In this document: one piece after another, positions 1 to 11,300 of the stretch
Layout of the letters: each line of letters opens with the position of its first letter
How positions within the stretch are numbered: the stretch's first letter is position 1
Source: Mytilus trossulus
Lineage: Eukaryota
Reading direction: 5' to 3'
Length of the DNA: 64,000 nucleotides
NCBI RefSeq assembly: GCF_036588685.1
Contig: NC_086385.1
Span: forward strand, 4,402,001-4,466,000
Notes under the pieces: model-generated
The model's input: the letters and a program-made list of their open reading frames with translations, nothing else
Database searches by the model: none
What the model was told of the DNA's origin: nothing
Program-made: the position numbers and the translations under genes

Positions 1-459
1 CTATTTCATCAAAAGACAAAAGTTGAACGTTTTTGAAAAATAATGTTGCTGATTAGACCATTCATAAAATAGGATATGACTGTCACTATTAAATATGGAA
101 CTGTTTCAAAAGTTATGAAAATTATCCTTTCTTCTTTAGAATACCATCAACTTTTGACAATTACTTTCCGGCGCATGCATAAATTGTTTTAAGTTAATTT
201 CAAATTTTCTTTTATATATTTTATGAAATCTACATTTTTTCCAAATAATTTTAAAGTTTACTGGTCAATTGCTTTAAATATCTTATCTATTAAGTATATA
301 AACTTTTGTAATTGTCTTTCTGAATACAACAATGGACCAGTTCAAATTGAAATCCGTTTTAATCAATGTAAACTTATAAAGATGACCTGTTGAAAAAATA
401 CCAAAATGGAATTTTTTTTTCACTGGTTTATATTACAAGCCATTTTGCTATTTAATTTA

Positions 460-670
460 ATTTCAAGATATCTTATACACTTTATAAGATATCTTGTAAT
501 TTAGTTTATAAGATATTATATGAAATATCTTACAGATTATCTCAGATATCTTATAAAGTTTATGAAATTTACAAATTTTAAAATAATTTCATAAAATATA
601 AGAGATATATATATCTAATAATGTTATAACATATCTTATAGATTATATAAGATATCTTATAAACTATCCA
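460..670. repeat. Degenerate repeats of the palindrome ATAAGATATCTTAT
   Basis: Variants of tataagatatcttat recur several times within about 200 bp (e.g. 483, 507, 646). Confidence 0.5.
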
Positions 671-1049
671 TAATTATTCAAAATGTTACCAACTTCTTAA
701 ATCAGTGTAGAGGTTAAACTTATCATATAACTTTTCCGTTTTTACAGGAAAATGATATGATTTTGTCTGAGATTTTATGCATTAAAAATTCCCAATTGGG
801 ATAAAAAATTCCCAAGTTTTTGTTCAAGGGACCCATTTAAAAACACCTGGAATCATCCCTGCTCCCATATGAAATTTATCATGTTAGTCTAAGGGAGATA
901 ACTTTAATTTTCCTAATATTATGGAGTTCGCTAAGTGCCCCGACTATATATAGAGGAAACATCCCTCTGGAAACTCTACTCTGCTTTCAAAGGTTATACA
1001 TTTTTAAAATGAGTATTAATCAAACAGAGCTTTAGCGTCCCTCAATAGA

Positions 1050-1162
1050 CAAGGCTCCGTGTTGAAGGCCGTACATTGACCTATAATGGTTTTCCTTTTT
1101 TAAAATTGTTATATGGATGGAGAGTTGTCTCATTGGCACTCACACCACATCTTCCTATATTT
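1050..1162 (-). mobile_element. Fragment of dispersed non-coding repeat family B
   Basis: Reverse complement of ataggaagatgtggtgtgagtgccaatgagacaactctccatcc...ggccttcaacacggagcc, also seen at 46041, 32930 and 61425-61640. Confidence 0.75.
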
Positions 1163-1769
1163 ATAACGGTTTACTTTTTTTTACACATTCTGACTTCGAG
1201 GGAGATTTGTCTCACTATCACTAACACTTATATCTATTGTACAGTTATATATCTATATCTAAAGGACTTGTAAAACTGTATATATAAGTATAACAGAAAG
1301 AATACAAATTTTCCGTATATTACATTACATTATATATGTCACATATCAACCACTTAAGTTGTACTTGCTTTCGAAATGACAGATTACAAGATAATTGCGC
1401 CCTACAAGTGTATAAGAATATACAAAATGTAATATCTGTGTAATCATATCAATCAATTCAGAGTCGGCTCCGAACTCTACCAAATGACAACAAATGGAAT
1501 AATTTAGTGTGTACACGTTATCTGAGAATCCGGAAGATATATAGTATGCGTAAAGATTTATCAAAAGTATTATGATAGGCGTCTTAAAGTTTTCAAAACA
1601 TTTCATGCTTGTCTAGTTCTACATTTCAATCATATCAAAAACTTGTAAAGATAAAAATTCCAGGCTAGCCAAGTTCTACATTTCAGATTCGTTATACATA
1701 GAAGCGGTAAGACATGTTTAACGAAATAAACAAAACATAAAAGAATAAAATATGAGATGATGTAATTTA

Positions 1770-2265
1770 ATACTCGAGAGTTCGGGCATGATACTCGAGC
1801 GTACTCGAGTACACGGTCTGGATACCCGAGAACACTCGAGCACTTGGTCATGATACTGGTAACTGCTCAAGAACTCTGTCATGAATCATGATACATGACT
1901 ACGCGAGAACTCGGTAATGATACTTGCGATTACTCGAATACTCGGTCATGATACTCGTGACTTCTCGCGTACTTCGTCCTTACTGACAAATACTCAAGTA
2001 CTCGGTCATGATACTCGCGACTACATGAGTAATCTGTCAGGATAATCGAGAACTCAATCAGGATACCCAACAGCACTCCAGTGCCGGGTGATGGTACTCA
2101 TGACTACTTGAAAACTCGATCATGATACTTGTTAGTACTCGAGTACCCGGTCATGATATTCTTGACTTCTTGGGCACTCGGTCAAGATACTCGAGTGCTC
2201 GGTCATAATACTCAGGAGTACCCGAGTACTCAGTCATAATAATTGCAAGTACTCGAGTACTCGGA
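1770..2265. repeat. Degenerate minisatellite built from TACTCGAG/TACTCGG/TCATGA subunits (about 31-32 bp period)
   Basis: Recurrent ctcggtcatgatactcg...tactcgagtact. CpG-rich relative to its flanks. Confidence 0.75.
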
Positions 2266-3301
2266 TAAATATGTGAAAAGTGATAATTTGTGTTGGTTTG
2301 GATAATTTGGTTATTACCTTTCACAAACCTAAAAATAACATGACGACAGCGTTTGACATCTTTACCAAAAACCTTGAATTAATCTTATAATGGTTCAACG
2401 TATTACCTGGTACTTTTGATAACTAATTACTTAAGGTTTGAAACTGCTCGGTGTTTCCCTGAAGATATATATAATAAGTTCTTTATCTGATTACCGTGCA
2501 CATTTAAGTGTTGACAAATTACAAATTAATCTGTAAAAGAAATTCAACCAAAAAAGGTTCGATCCGTACAAAGCAAAATAACACACCAAATTACCGAACT
2601 CCGTGGAAATTCACAATGAAAAGACTGTTACAGTAGTAAAATTGTAGAAATTAAAAAATCAAACCAATCTAATGGATAACAACTGTCACATTCCTTTTTT
2701 TTTGGTACAGGCATTTTATTATGTAGAATATAATATATCTTTTGTTATATCCTCTTAATCGGATTACCGTTCAAATGAATAAAATTCGAAACCGACAAAT
2801 AACAGAGGAAGCCGTAAAATATAATCAACAAAATAAGGTTCGATCCGTAAAATATAATTATTTTGAAAACGAAATAAAAGCAGACAGAAATTGATCTAAG
2901 AATGATCAGTTGCAAGCTCTTATTTTTGCTAATTGATTCGGATGTAATACCATGTTCAAATATATACAGTTCATTGTAAAAGAAAAAATGCAGTCTATTT
3001 TCTTTTAATTCGTTTATGAAATAATTAGAAAGGTCGTTTTTAACATTCTAATTGGTAATACAATATGTCGGTCATGTCATCTGCTCTTAAGTCAGGTTGT
3101 TGTCTCTTTAACATATTCCCAATTTCCATTCTCAATGTTACTACTTAGCCACTGGTGTTTAACTGATAATCGTAACTCGAATTACGACGATCATAATATG
3201 GCGACGGGAGGAATCGGTAAAATCTTATCAGCTATTTTTCTCAAATGAAGCATGATGTTATAAACCTCTCATTTGTGTAAAAGAGTGTATGAGAACTAAA
3301 A

Positions 3302-4410
3302 GTGTACTCCAGTACTCGTTGCAATACCTCATTTATTTTATCAGCAATCAAAGACGGGCTTCAAAGTTATTGTGAAACTACCTATTCTAGAGGTGGCGTG
3401 AATCAGATGTGGATACTCAAAAATTCCAAAGATCTTTTAGAGTACATACAATCTAACTCTATTTATCTTGTAACATTATTAAAACATTTGACTTTTCTAC
3501 TCTTTACACAAGTAATCCACATTCCAAACTAAAAGACAAATTGAAATAGTTGGTATTGCTATGCTTCATAAAAAAGAATAGCCAACGGAGATACAAGTAT
3601 CTTGTCTTAGGGAGGGATAAATCCTACTTTGTAAAGGATTACTCTGATTCAAACAAAAAATTCTCTGAAACCGATATTATCAAGATGCTTGATTTCCTGA
3701 TTGACAACATATTTGTTACGTTCGGAGGACGTGTTTTTCAACAGACTGTCGGCATTCCAATGGGAACAAACTGTGCCCCTCTACATGTCGACTTGTTTCT
3801 TTATTATTTTGAGGCTGACTTCATGCAGGAACTTCTTATAGGAAGAAAGATAAGAAGTTAGCAATATCCTTTAACTCTACTTTCCACTACATGTATATAG
3901 ATGATGTTCTTTCACTAAATAATTCAAAATTTGGTGACTATGTGGAACGCATCTATCCCATCGAACTAGAGATAATGGATACTACAGATACAGTTAAGTC
4001 GGCTTTATATCTTGACTTACATTTATAAATTGACAATGAGGGTTTTTTGTAAACAAAACTTTACGCCAAAAGAGCGAGTTCAGCTTTCCAATTGGGAATT
4101 TTCCATTTCTAAGTAGCAACATTCCAGCAGCACCTGCATACAGGGTATACATCTCCCAATTGATACGATATTCCCGTGCTTGCATTTCCCATCATGATTG
4201 TCTTGATAGAGGGTTGCTGCTCACAAGGAAGCTATTAAACCAAGAGTTCCAAATAGTGAAGTTGAGATCATCCCTTCGTAAATTTTGCGGACGCCATCAC
4301 GAGTTGGTTGACCGTTATAGAATAACCGTTTCAAAAATGATATCGGATATGTTCCTTACTTCGTAACTACAATACCCTTCCCTTTCATGAATGTGACCTA
4401 CCGAATTAGA
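3302..4410 (+). mobile_element. 5'-truncated, frameshifted Penelope-like retroelement reverse transcriptase
   Basis: QMWILKNSK, FDFSTLY, LIDNIFVTFGGRVFQQTVGIPMGTNCAP, catalytic YIDDVL at about 3895, and thumb ISQLIRYSRAC...RKLLNQ. These are spread over several frames with stops. Confidence 0.85.
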
Positions 4411-4619
4411 ATTCCTACGTTAGGAAGCTTTGATAATAGTAGGGCGACTCACATTTTTATTATATTTAAAACAAAGAGCATCGGAAAAACTTTGTTTGTC
4501 AAAGTATACTAAAATCTTTCTGAAGAAATACAATGAAATTTATACCAATGATCCGCATTAACATGAATCTGTCGACTTTATTTTTGTTGTCATCTGAAAA
4601 GTCTAAATGTTAACGTTAA

Positions 4620-5475
4620 CGTTTTCGTTTTTTTAACATCTAACAGGGTTTAGGTCAAAAAGTTGCTCTTGATGGGTCCATTAAATTTATTTTTAACATC
4701 TAACAGGTTTAATACATTACGTTAATACTGTAGATGTATCCTTCATTTACTTTTAACATCTGACAGGTTTAAGACATAACGTTATTACTCTAGATGTATC
4801 CTTCATGTTCTTTTATCATCTAACAGGATTAAGACAAACCATCCATTGCTCTTGATAGATCCTTATTTTTCATTCAACATCTAACAGGTTTTAGAAAAAG
4901 GCTGCTCTTGATTAATCCTTCATTTTCTTTTAACATCTGACAGGTTTAAGACAAAACGTTCCTCTTGATTAATCCTTCATTTTCTTTTATCCTCTAACAG
5001 GTTTAAGACAACCACTGCTCTTAAAAGTTACTTAATTTTCAATTTACATCTAACAGGTTTCAGAAAAAACGCTGCTTTTGATTAATCCTTCATTTTTTTA
5101 ACATCTGACAGGTTTAAGAAAACGTTGCTCTTAATTAATCCTTCATTTTTTTTAACATCTGACAGGTTTAAGACAAAACGTTGCTCTTGATTAATCCTTC
5201 GTTTTTTCAACATCTGACAGGTTTAAGACAAAACCTTGTTTTTGATTAATCCTTAATTATGTCAACATCTGACAGGCTTAAGACAAACTAACCATTGCTC
5301 TTGATAGATCCTTATTTTTCATTAAACATCAAACATGTTTAAGAAAAAAACCCGCTGCTTTTGGTTAATACTTCATATTTTCAATATCTGACAGGTTTAA
5401 GAAAAAATGCTGCTCTTGATTAATGCCTCATATTTTTTTAATATCTGACAGGTGTAAGACAAAACGTTGCTCTTA
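4620..5475 (+). repeat. About 15 copies of a 55-61 bp unit made of the intron 3' end, AG acceptor and first ~25 nt of the lectin exon
   Basis: Unit ~ttttaacatctgacAG|gtttaagacaaaacgttgctcttgattaatccttca. The last copy (AG at 5450-5451) runs into the coding exon. Confidence 0.9.
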
Positions 5476-5697
5476 ATAAAGAGAGTAGACAGAGCACAAC
5501 ATACCATGATAGAAACTTAACAGGGATAGCCGCTCTTGCTAATGATGGTGACACATATCAACATTATGAAATTACCAATGTGAAAGTATTTTGCAGCCAT
5601 ACTTTGGTAAATCAACAGGAACAGTGGTGGGCAGTTGATCTTGGTCAGACGTATAACATCAACAGTGTGACCATCTATAACAGAATAGACCATAAAC
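5452..5697 (+). pseudogene. F-type (fucose-binding) lectin domain, first half (internal exon, phase 1-1)
   Basis: GVRQNVALNKESRQSTTYHDRNLTGIAALANDGDTYQHYEITNVKVFCSHTLVNQQEQWWAVDLGQTYNINSVTIYNRIDHK shows the FTLD hallmarks NVAL-K, A-DG, CSHT, WW-VDL and NR-D. Flanks are cag| and |gtaaat. Confidence 0.9.
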
Positions 5698-5721
5698 GTA
5701 AATATGATACATTTCACTATA

Positions 5722-6002
5722 AGCAAGAATGTGTCCCAAGTACACGAATGACCCACTCGGACTATCATTATCTATGGTCAGTAGACCGTGAAATTGGGGT
5801 TAAAACTTTATTTGACATAAAAATTAGAAAGATCATATCATAGGGAACATGTTTACTAAGTTTGAAGTCGATTTGACTTCCACTTCACTAACAACTACCT
5901 TGACCAAAAACTTTAACGTGAAGCGGAAATAGACGGACGAACGAACGGACGCACAGACCAGAAAACATACTGCCCCTCTAATGTCGTAGATGGGGCATTA
6001 AA
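5722..6002 (+). mobile_element. Pearl/Helentron-associated (HINE-like) non-autonomous element
   Basis: Starts caagaatgtgtcc, has a GACG/GAAC microsatellite at 5931-5952 and a 3' hairpin tgcccc...ggggca followed by an A-run. Confidence 0.7.
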
Positions 6003-6274
6003 AGAAGATGTGATATTATTAACAATGATTTAACTTTCAACAAGAGACTAAAATGATACAGAAAATTACGGCCTTCAACAATGAGTAAATACTGTATAGT
6101 CACATATAACAGGCAAAGAACTCAAAAATGTAAAAACATTCAAACTGGAAAACTATCGGCAAAATCAAAGTACACACATATGAATGACTAGCTAGAATTG
6201 ATTAGAAATAACGAGATATCTTAAGTTTGCTAATTCACCAGGCAATTTTTTATATACAAACAAAAACATAATAC

Positions 6275-6625
6275 AATTGAGAATGGCAATATGAAATATA
6301 TCAAAGACACAACAGCTCGACCAAAGAGCAGACAACAACCATATGCCACTAATGGGTCTACGATGCAGCGAGAAACTCCCGCACTCAGAGGCGTGCTTCA
6401 GCTGGCCCCAAAACAACATGTATGCAAGTTCAGTGATAATGGACGTCAAACTAAATTCCGAAAGATTCTTACACAAGAAACTAAAATTAAGAATTATACA
6501 CGAATACCAAAATTCAGAGTCTCCTGACTTTGAACAGGCGCAAAAATGCAGCCGGGTTAAAAATGTTTTTTGAGATTTCAACCTCCCAAACATACTTCTA
6601 GCCAATGTAGAAAAAACACAAGAAT
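6275..6625 (+). mobile_element. Dispersed repeat family A (diverged copy)
   Basis: Colinear with 22520-22860 and 58640-59103 (aattgagaatgg...cttcagctggcccc...cctgactt..acaggcgcaaaaatgc...gccaatgtagaaaa). Confidence 0.75.
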
Positions 6626-7929
6626 ACACAGAAACTTATTTAAATCGTCTGTTCAAATAAAACAGAAAATTTAACCGAGTTTCTTTTATTCTATATAAAA
6701 AAAAAGACAAAAATACTGAACTCCATGGAAAATTCAAACCCAGAAGTCCCTTATCAAATGGCAAAATCAAAAGCTGAAAAACAGCAAACAAATGGATAAC
6801 AACGGTCATATTCCTAAATTAGTACAGGCATTTTCTTATCTTGAAAATAGTGAATTAAAATGAAATGCTATGATAGCTAGCTAAACCTCTCACTTGTATG
6901 ACAGTTGCATCAAATTCCAATATATTGACACAATGAGTGAACAACACACACATATTATTGGTAAACATGTAAATAATACAGCAGTCAACAATGTGGTATG
7001 ATCCTAAAACCACCTTACAAACATGTAACAAAGAAGCACACAAATGGCATACAGACCAAGCATATTAGCATATAGACTGTCCCTTTGGTATCTTTCAGTA
7101 AAAATCCGATATCAATAAATATTGAAATTTTGAAAAAAATCTTATGACGAATTTAGGTCAGGATGTCGATATCAATATTTGATAAAAGAGGATAAAAACA
7201 TATTTATTGCACAAAAATATCTGAAAGTCAACAAAAGCTTAATGAATAGAAAATCACTTTTTGAAACATCACAACTATAAATTCTTACGTTTGCAAAAAT
7301 ATTAAAAAAATCGTCTTGATCTTTTTATTACATCTTTTCATTTAAAAGTAGAAACACATTTTTATAACCATTGTTTGATGAAGATTTATGTATTTTTTTA
7401 ATCGTACTATGACTCCATTAAGCCCTTTTAAAAGCTTTTTTTATTTGTTTGAGCATAATTATTATTTAAAATTATTTTTTGGTTCTTATTGCATTATAAT
7501 TCATTAACATTTTATTGTTATTGATAATCTCATCTAATATTTAAAAGCGTACACCAACACTTTGTGATTGGTTAAATACGTTTTAAACAATTGAAATTAA
7601 ACCAATTACATAATATTATTTTCATTTTGGTGTACGAACAATGAGACTACCCATAGTCCTCTAGTTTCAAATATTACGCTCAATTATATGACAACAAAAT
7701 TGTAAGTCAATCCAATGTGCAAAATTTGCACTATATGATCACGAATTGATTTAATCATTCATTTAACTATCGAGAAAACTTTATTATAAACTAAGTCTGT
7801 GTTTATAATATATTCTAAAATTGGAATACACATCTGCATTCTGTCTAAAGAAACTCGTTTGGTGACTCATAAAAGACGTCACAAGCTCAATACATAACGA
7901 TTCAAAATAAAACCTTTTTTTTGTGTTTT

Positions 7930-8058
7930 GTTTTCGGTACCATTTTAATAAGGCAATGTCGACCTGAGATATTTGTTGTAATATGTCTACACTTTGTTTT
8001 CGGTACCATTTTAATTAGGCAATGTTGACCTGTGATAGTTGTTGTAATATGTCTACAC
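7930..8058. repeat. Two-copy ~66 bp tandem duplication
   Basis: ttgttttcggtaccattttaat..ggcaatgt.gacctg.gata.ttgttgtaatatgtctacac occurs twice. Confidence 0.8.
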
Positions 8059-8315
8059 CCCGACATCAAATAAGTCAAGTATTTGTACATGGCGACGTTT
8101 TTCTGGAAAGCGACTCAGATTCACCAAATTCTTAAAATTATTGTTTGTTCACTTTACTATTTAATATTAGGTTCCTGTGATTAATTTAAATTGTTCAATT
8201 CTTAAACTTATTTTAAAACATGGTTTCGAAAATGTTCAATTGTTATTTTTAATGCAATTATTTAATAAAGAAAAATGATATGACGTTTAGAAATATTTTT
8301 TCTTATCAATTTCAG

Positions 8316-11300
8316 GATCTATATGCTCTTATTAAACTCCAGTGTGGTCCTTTGTGCACTTTTCTAACTCCGTTGTGGTCCTTTTAGCAGTTATAAAATT
8401 CCAATATGGTTCTTTGTGCTGTTATAAAACTCTAGTGTGGTCCTTTGAGCTGTTATTAAAATCTAGTGTGGTCCTTTGGGATGTTATTAAACTCTATTGT
8501 GGTCTTTTGTGCTGTTATAAAACTCTAGCGTGGTCCATTGTGCTGTTATTAAACTCTTGTGTGGTACATTGTGATGTTATAAAACTCAAGTGTGGTCTTT
8601 TGTGCTGTTATTTAACTCTAGTGTGGTCCTTTGTGCTGTAATAAAACTATACTGTGGTCCCTTGTGATGTTATAAAACTCTTGTGTGGTCCTTTGTGCTG
8701 TTATAAAACTCTTGTGGGGTCATTTGTGCTGTTAATAAACTCTAGTGTGGTCCTTTATGCTGTTTTAAAACTCTTGTGTGGTCCTTTGTGATGTTAATAA
8801 ACTCTAGTGTGGTACTTTGTGCTGTTATACAACTCTTGTGTGGTCCTTTGTGTTGTTTATAAACTCTAGTGTGTTCCTTTGTGTTGTTTTAAAACTCTTG
8901 TGTGGTCCTTTGTGCTGTTATAAAACTCTAGTGGTCCTTTGTGCTGTTATAAAACTCTAGTGTGGTCCTTTGTGCTGTTATACAACTCTTGTGTGATCCT
9001 TTGTGCTGCTATAAAACTCTTTTGTGGTCCTTTGTGATGTTATAAAACTCTAGTGTGGTCCTTTGTGCTGTTATAAAACTCTTGTATGGTCCTTTGTGCT
9101 GTTATAAAACTATTGTGTGGTCCTTTGTGCTGATATAAAACTCTTGTGGGGTCCTTTGTCTTGTTTGTTAACTATAGTGTGGTCCTTTGTGCTCTTTTAA
9201 AACTCGTGTGTGGTCCTTTGTGATGTTATAAAACTCTAGTTTGGTCCTTTGTGCTGATATCAAACTCAAGTGTGGTAATTTGATATGTTATAAAACTCTA
9301 GTGTGGTCTTTTGTGCTATTATAAAACTCTAGGGTGGTCGTTTGTGCTGTTGTAAAACTCTAGTGTGGTCATTTGTGGTATTATAAAACTCTAGCGTGGT
9401 CCTTTGTGCTGTTATAAAACTCTTGTATGGTCCTTTATGCTGTTATAAAACTCTTGTGTGGTCCTTCGTGCTCTTATAAAACTATTGTGTGGGTCTTTGT
9501 GCTGTTTGTAAACTCTAGTGTGGTCCTTTGTGCTGTTTAAAATCTCTTGTGTGGTCCTTTGTGCTGTTATTAAACGCAAGTGTGGTTATTTGAGATGTTA
9601 TAAAACTCTAGCGTTGTCCTTTGAGCTGTTATTAAAATCTAGTGTGGTCCTTTGGGATGTTATTAAACTCTATTGTGGTCTTTTGTGCTGTTATAAAACT
9701 CTAGCGTGGTCAATTGTGCTGTTATTAAACTCTTGTGTGGTACATTGGGATGTTATAAAACTATAGTGTGGTCTTTTGTGCTGTTATTTAACTCTAGTGT
9801 GGTCCTTTGTGCTGTAATAAAACTATACTGTGGTCCCTTGTGATGTTATAAAACTCTTGTGTGGTCCTTTGTGCTGTTATAAAACTCTTGTGGGGTCATT
9901 TGTGCTGTTAATAAACTCTAGTGTAGTCCTTTATGCTGTTTTAAAACTCTTGTGTGGTCCTTTGTGATGTTATTAAACTCTAGTGTGGTACTTTGTGCTG
10001 TTATACAACTCTTGTGTGGTCCTTTGTGCTGTTTATAAACTCTAGTGTTGTCCTTTGTGCTGTTTTAAAACTCTTGTGTGGTCCTTTGTGCTGTTATAAA
10101 ACTCTAGTGGTCCTTTGTGCTGTTATAAAACTCTAGTGTGGTCCTTTGTGCTGTTATACAACTCTTGTGTGATCCTTTGTGCTGCTATAAAACTCTTGTG
10201 TGGTCCTTTGTGATGTTATAAAACTCTAGTGTGGTCCTTTGTGCTGTTATAAAACTCTTGTATGGTCCTTTGTGCTGTTATAAAACTCTTGTGTGGTCCT
10301 TTGTGCTGATATAAAACTCTTGTGTGGTCTTTTGTCTTGTTTGTTAACTCTAGTTTGGTCCTGTGTGCTCTTTTAAAACTCGTGTGTGGTCCTTTGTGAT
10401 GTTATAAAACTCTAGTGTGGTCCTTTGTGCTGATATCAAACTCAAGTGTGGTTATTTGATATGTTATAAAACTCTAGTGTGGTCTTTTGTGCTATTATAA
10501 AACTCTAGGGTGGTCGTTTGTGCTGTTATAAAACTCTAGTGTGGTCATTTGTGGTATTATAAAACTCTAGCGTGGTCCTTTGTGCTGTTATAAAACTCTT
10601 GTATGGTCCTTTATGCTGTTATAAAACTCTTGTGTGGTCCTTCGTGCTCTTATAAAACTATTGTGTGGGTCTTTGTGCTGTTTGTAAACTCTAGTGTGGT
10701 CCTTTGTTCTGTTTTAAAACTCTTGTTTGGTCCTTTGTGCTGTTATCAAACTCAAGTGTGGTTATTTGAGATGTTATAAAACTCTAGCGTTGTCCTTTAA
10801 GTGTGCTGTTTATAAACTCTTGTGTGGTCCTTTGTGCTGTTATAAATGTCTAGTGTGGTCCTTTGTGCTGTTATGAAACTCTAGCGTGGTCCTTTGTGAT
10901 GTTAAAAAACTGTAGTGTGGTCCTTTTTGCTGTTATAAAACTCTAGTGTGGTCCTTTATGCTGTTATAAAACTCTAGTGTGGACCATTGATTTGTTATAA
11001 AACTGAAGCGTGGTCCTTTGTGCTGTAATTAACTCAGGTGTGGTCCTTTGTGCTGTTAATAAACTCTAATGTGGTCCTCTGTGATGTTATAAATCTCTAG
11101 TGTGGTCCTTTATGCTCTCTTTAACTCTAGTTTTGTCTTTTGTACTGTTATAAAACTTCTAGCGTGGTCCTTTTTGCTGTTATTAAACACTAGTGTGTTC
11201 TTTTGTGTTGTTATTAAACTCTAGTGTGGTCCTTTGTGCTGTTATAAAACTCTAGTGTGGTCCTTTGTGCTGTTATGAAACTATAGCGTGGTCCTTTGTG

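Noticed and set aside
6192-6629. 145-aa and overlapping ORFs
   Set aside because: They lie within non-coding repeat family A, and other copies do not preserve the frame.
8342-9766. ORFs within the 31-bp satellite
   Set aside because: Translations of tandem repeat with no domain content.
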